From positions 348 to 64,347 of the forward strand of contig JBDSOE010000172.1 of the NCBI GenBank assembly GCA_039915005.1: a stretch of DNA of 64,000 nucleotides, written 5' to 3'. The stretch's first letter is position 1, and each line of letters begins with the position of its first letter. Positions 60,104-64,000 of this stretch are shown in pieces. The stretch comes from Ginsengibacter sp. Its GTDB lineage: Bacteria; Bacteroidota; Bacteroidia; Chitinophagales; Chitinophagaceae. Made by a program: the position numbers and the translations under genes. The notes below the pieces were generated by a model. The model had not been told where the DNA came from and ran no database searches. It worked only from the letters and a program-made list of their open reading frames with translations.

Positions 60104-63022
60104 ATGGCAGAAGTAATTACACCACGTTTAATGGCAGCAGCCAAGGAGTTTAACATAGGTACCCAAACCTTGACGGATTTTCTTACGTCCAAAGGTTTTG
60201 ATGCCGATGAATTAAAACCCACATCAAAAATTACGGGAGACATGTACCTCGCATTGCAGGTAGAGTTTCAGCCCGATAAAGTAGCCAAGCAAAAAGCCGA
60301 ACAAATTGATCTTCCCAAAAATGCGCCTACAGACAATAAAAAAAGAAGAGATGAACAAGATCTTTCCTTTACAAAAAAAGAACCGGTAAAGTCTAAAGAA
60401 GAAGTTGTAAAACCAAAAGAAGAAGTAGTAGTAGAACCGGTACAAGAACCCGAACCCGAACCTGTTGTAGAAATTAAAGCGCCTCCGGTAGAAGAACCGG
60501 CTCCCGTTGTGGAAGAAAAACCGATTGAGAAACCCGTGGAAGTTGAAAAAGAAAAACCCGTGGTGGTTGAAGAGGTGCCCGTTAAAGAAGCGGAAGTTGT
60601 TCATCAGCCGGAGATAATGAAAATTGAAGTTCCTGAAGTGGAAGGGTTAAAGGTGATTGATAAGATTGATTTGAGCACCATTGATTCTTCCGTAAGGCCT
60701 AAAAAAGACAGCAGGAAGAAAGAAGAGAAAGCGAAAGAGGAGAAAGCAAAGGTTAAAGGAGTAAAAGCGAAAGAAATAGCGCATGTTAAGGTGGAAGTGA
60801 AACCGGAACCCGCTGCCGGCCCTATAGTAGAACCCGTGAAAGACGTACCGGCAATAATTACCAATATAAAGGCAGCGAAGCTACAAGGCCCTAAAATTAT
60901 GGGCAAAATAGAACTACCTGTTAATAATGATACGAGGCCAAGGCCATCAGAGGAGAGAAGGAAGAGAAAGCGCATTGTTGTAGAAAAGAAAACACCAGGA
61001 GGACAACAACATCCTCCGGGAAGTTTCCATCGCCCGCCAGCAGCGCATGGCCCTCATCGCCCGGCAGGTGCGGGAGGCGGCAGGTTCAACAGGAATGCAC
61101 CTTTGCCCCGTCGGGAAGAAAAAGAAATTGACCAAAAAGAGATCCAGGATAAAATAAAGGAGACCCAGGCAAAACTGGCAGGCTCCGGCGGAAGAGGAAA
61201 AAGCCTGAAGGCAAAATACCGTAAGCAGAAAAGAGAAGAAGCCGCTGAAAATGCAGGAGAAGAAGTAGCTGATAATAAATTATTGGTAACCGAGTTTATT
61301 TCGGTAAGTGAATTTGCCAATTTAATGGATGTAAGCTTTGCCGATGTGATCAGCAAATGTATGAGCCTTGGAATTATGGTTTCTATTAACCAAAGACTTG
61401 AGGCCGATGTGATAGAGCTGGTAGCCAGTGAATTTAATTATGAAGTGGAGTTTATTGATCTTGAAGACCAGTCTGATTCGGAAGAAGAAGAAGAAGAAAA
61501 TGAAGAAGACCTGAAGCCACGTTCTCCTATTGTAACAATTATGGGCCATGTGGATCATGGTAAAACCTCCCTTCTTGATTATATACGCCACGCAAATGTA
61601 ATTGCGGGAGAAGCCGGTGGTATTACGCAGCATATTGGTGCCTATGAAGTTACCGTTAAAAATGGCAGGTCCATTACCTTCCTCGATACACCGGGCCACG
61701 AAGCATTTACCGCTATGCGTGCCAGAGGCGCAAAAGTTACCGATATAGCCGTAATCGTTATTGCCGCTGATGACGCGGTAATGCCGCAAACCAAGGAAGC
61801 TATTTCCCATGCGCAGGCTGCAGGGGTACCTATGGTTTTTGCATTAAATAAAATTGATAAAGAAGGAGCCAATCCTGAAAAAATAAAAGAACAACTTTCA
61901 GCAATGAATATTTTGGTGGAAGATTGGGGTGGAAGTTTTCAAAGCCAGGAAATTAGTGCCAGGCAGGGATTGCATGTGGATGACCTGCTTGATAAGGTAC
62001 TGCTGGAATCGGACTTGCTTGAATTAAAAGCTAATCCCAAAAAGGCGGCAAGTGGTACTGTAATTGAAGCTTCTCTTGATAAAGGACGTGGTTATGTGGC
62101 GACAATCCTGGTACAAAACGGAACATTGAGACAAGGAGATCTTTTGGTTTCCGGACAACATTATGGCCGCATTAAAGCCATGTTTAATGAGCGAAACCAA
62201 CGGGTGGAGATCGCCCCACCGGCCACACCGGTTTTAATTCTTGGATTAAACGGAGCACCACAGGCTGGGGAAACTTTTAAAGTTTTTGCTGACGAATCAG
62301 ACGCAAAAGATACGGCCAACAGAAGAGCGCAGATATTACGCGAGCAGGGTATCCGGGCCAAGAAGCATATTACATTGGATGAAATTGGCCGCAGGCTGGC
62401 ATTGGGTAATTTCAAAGAATTAAACCTTCTTATCCGCGCCGACGTGGATGGTTCAGTAGAAGCGTTGAGTGATTCACTCCAGAAATTGAGCACAGAAGAA
62501 ATTGCCGTAAATGTCATTCACCAGGGTGTGGGACAAATAACCGAAACTGACGTAATGTTGGCAACCGCATCCGATGCAGTTATTATTGGCTTTAACGTGC
62601 GGCCGGCTTTGCAGGCATCCAAACTTGCCGAGCACGAAGGCGTGGAAATAAAGACCTACACCATTATTTACGATGCCATTGACGAAGTGAAGAGCGCTAT
62701 GGAAGGCATGCTGGAACCGAAGATCCAGGAAAAAGTATTGGGTATAGCAGAAATAAAAGAAACTTACAAATTTGATAAAGCGACTGTGGCAGGATGTATG
62801 GTAGTGGAAGGGAAAATTGCGAGGAACAGCCGTATTCGTTTAGTAAGGGATGGTATCATCATTCATACCGGCGAGCTCGGAAGCCTGAAGCGTTTTAAAG
62901 ATGACGTAAAAGAGGTAAGCAACAATATGGAATGCGGTATGATCATTAAAAACTATAACGATTTGAAAATTGCTGATATGGTGGAAGCCTTTGAGGAAAT
63001 AGAAGTGAAGAGAACACTGTAG
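60104..63022 (+). CDS. infB: Translation initiation factor IF-2
   Basis: [45 protein letters not shown] at 60104 preferred over TTG at 60032. Confidence 0.98.
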   Translation: MAEVITPRLMAAAKEFNIGTQTLTDFLTSKGFDADELKPTSKITGDMYLALQVEFQPDKVAKQKAEQIDLPKNAPTDNKKRRDEQDLSFTKKEPVKSKEEVVKPKEEVVVEPVQEPEPEPVVEIKAPPVEEPAPVVEEKPIEKPVEVEKEKPVVVEEVPVKEAEVVHQPEIMKIEVPEVEGLKVIDKIDLSTIDSSVRPKKDSRKKEEKAKEEKAKVKGVKAKEIAHVKVEVKPEPAAGPIVEPVKDVPAIITNIKAAKLQGPKIMGKIELPVNNDTRPRPSEERRKRKRIVVEKKTPGGQQHPPGSFHRPPAAHGPHRPAGAGGGRFNRNAPLPRREEKEIDQKEIQDKIKETQAKLAGSGGRGKSLKAKYRKQKREEAAENAGEEVADNKLLVTEFISVSEFANLMDVSFADVISKCMSLGIMVSINQRLEADVIELVASEFNYEVEFIDLEDQSDSEEEEEENEEDLKPRSPIVTIMGHVDHGKTSLLDYIRHANVIAGEAGGITQHIGAYEVTVKNGRSITFLDTPGHEAFTAMRARGAKVTDIAVIVIAADDAVMPQTKEAISHAQAAGVPMVFALNKIDKEGANPEKIKEQLSAMNILVEDWGGSFQSQEISARQGLHVDDLLDKVLLESDLLELKANPKKAASGTVIEASLDKGRGYVATILVQNGTLRQGDLLVSGQHYGRIKAMFNERNQRVEIAPPATPVLILGLNGAPQAGETFKVFADESDAKDTANRRAQILREQGIRAKKHITLDEIGRRLALGNFKELNLLIRADVDGSVEALSDSLQKLSTEEIAVNVIHQGVGQITETDVMLATASDAVIIGFNVRPALQASKLAEHEGVEIKTYTIIYDAIDEVKSAMEGMLEPKIQEKVLGIAEIKETYKFDKATVAGCMVVEGKIARNSRIRLVRDGIIIHTGELGSLKRFKDDVKEVSNNMECGMIIKNYNDLKIADMVEAFEEIEVKRTL

Positions 63023-63157
63023 CGGCCATTCAAAAAATAATTTCTTTAACAAAAGCTTCCTGACTTTTAACTTTCCAAAAAAACAAACCCCGTTTTACAA
63101 GTGTATTTTTGGCAACTGTTTTACAGATTACCCGCACGCCTAAAAATAATATTACTG

Positions 63158-64000
63158 ATGAAAAAAAGTTTGTTCCTGCTTTGCTTTATGGCAACCACCT
63201 TCATTGTATTTGCCCAAGCAAAAAAAGTGGTGGCTGATAAAATTATAGCCACTATTGGAGATAAAATTATTCTTAAAAGCGAAATAGACAATAGCATACA
63301 CGATATGCAGCGGCAAAATATTGATATTCCTGCCAATGCAAATTGTTTGTTGCTGGAGCAGGCTTTGGGTTTAAAAGCCCTGGTAGTGCAGGCTGAAAGG
63401 GATTCTATCCCGGTTGATGACGCTGAAGTAGAGGCCGACATTGACAATAAAATACGTTATTATATTAATCAATATGGCTCAAAGGATGTATTGGAACAAA
63501 TAGCCGGCAAAACCGTTTTCCAATTAAAAGAAGATTTCAAACAAACTTTTCGCGAACAAAAATTAGCGCAGGGCGAGCGTAATAAAATTGTAGAGAATAT
63601 AAGGATCACTCCGGCAGAAGTGCAGGATTATTATGAAAAGATTCCTAAAGACAGCCTTCATTTTTATGAGGCCGAACTGGAAGTGGGTGAAATTATTATG
63701 TATCCGAAACCGGGACGCGACCTGGAAACTTACGCTTCAGACCAATTGAAAGAATATAAAAAGGAAGTGGAAGACGGGAGCAAAAAATTTGAGGTGCTTG
63801 CCTCATTATATACCGATGATCCGGGAAGCAAAGAAACGGGTGGTAAGTATGAGATCAACCGTAATGAAAAACAATGGGATCCTGTGTTTTTGGCAAAAGC
63901 GTTCAGCCTAAAAGAAGGACAGATTTCCAGTGTTTTCAAAACAAAATTTGGCTACCATATTATTCAGATGGTAAGCCGCCGTGGCGATGATGCCACTATA
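63158..64000 (+). CDS. surA: SurA-like periplasmic chaperone / parvulin PPIase, 3'-truncated (absent from the ORF track)
   Basis: Hand translation: MKKSLFLLC..VADKIIATIGDKIILKSE..KFEVLASLYTDDPGS..GG..FGYHIIQ. Confidence 0.88.
   Translation, partial: MKKSLFLLCFMATTFIVFAQAKKVVADKIIATIGDKIILKSEIDNSIHDMQRQNIDIPANANCLLLEQALGLKALVVQAERDSIPVDDAEVEADIDNKIRYYINQYGSKDVLEQIAGKTVFQLKEDFKQTFREQKLAQGERNKIVENIRITPAEVQDYYEKIPKDSLHFYEAELEVGEIIMYPKPGRDLETYASDQLKEYKKEVEDGSKKFEVLASLYTDDPGSKETGGKYEINRNEKQWDPVFLAKAFSLKEGQISSVFKTKFGYHIIQMVSRRGDDATI

Overview
Chromosomal segment of a Bacteroidota bacterium, probably Chitinophagaceae-like, judged from the protein families and the TAnnTTTG -7 promoters. It is mostly housekeeping genes: recQ (partial), mnmG, ybeY, nadD, gcvH, serS, asnS, rho, mnmH-orf-selD, feoA and feoB, asd, msrB, purU, rimP-nusA-infB and surA (partial). 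There are two tRNAs (Phe-GAA and Ile2-CAT) and two parS centromere sites next to mnmG. Accessory content: (i) a tyrosine integrase plus ORF6N cassette behind tRNA-Phe; (ii) a DUF6364/PIN toxin-antitoxin pair with a doubly frameshifted toxin; (iii) a GxxExxY (PD-(D/E)XK-like) gene with one in-frame UGA at a Cys position, embedded in an array of 26 CTCTGTG/CACAGAG heptamers that form hairpins with a compensatory change; (iv) a decaying ECF-sigma/FecR/SusC/SusD/four-sulfatase PUL behind tRNA-Ile2, holding a nonsense-interrupted sulfatase and unannotated GH3 and PA14-like remnants; (v) several unrelated short repeat families, including a 26/27-bp inverted repeat pair bracketing the mnmG-parS-nadD block. 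All calls come from motif recognition by eye; no database searches were run.
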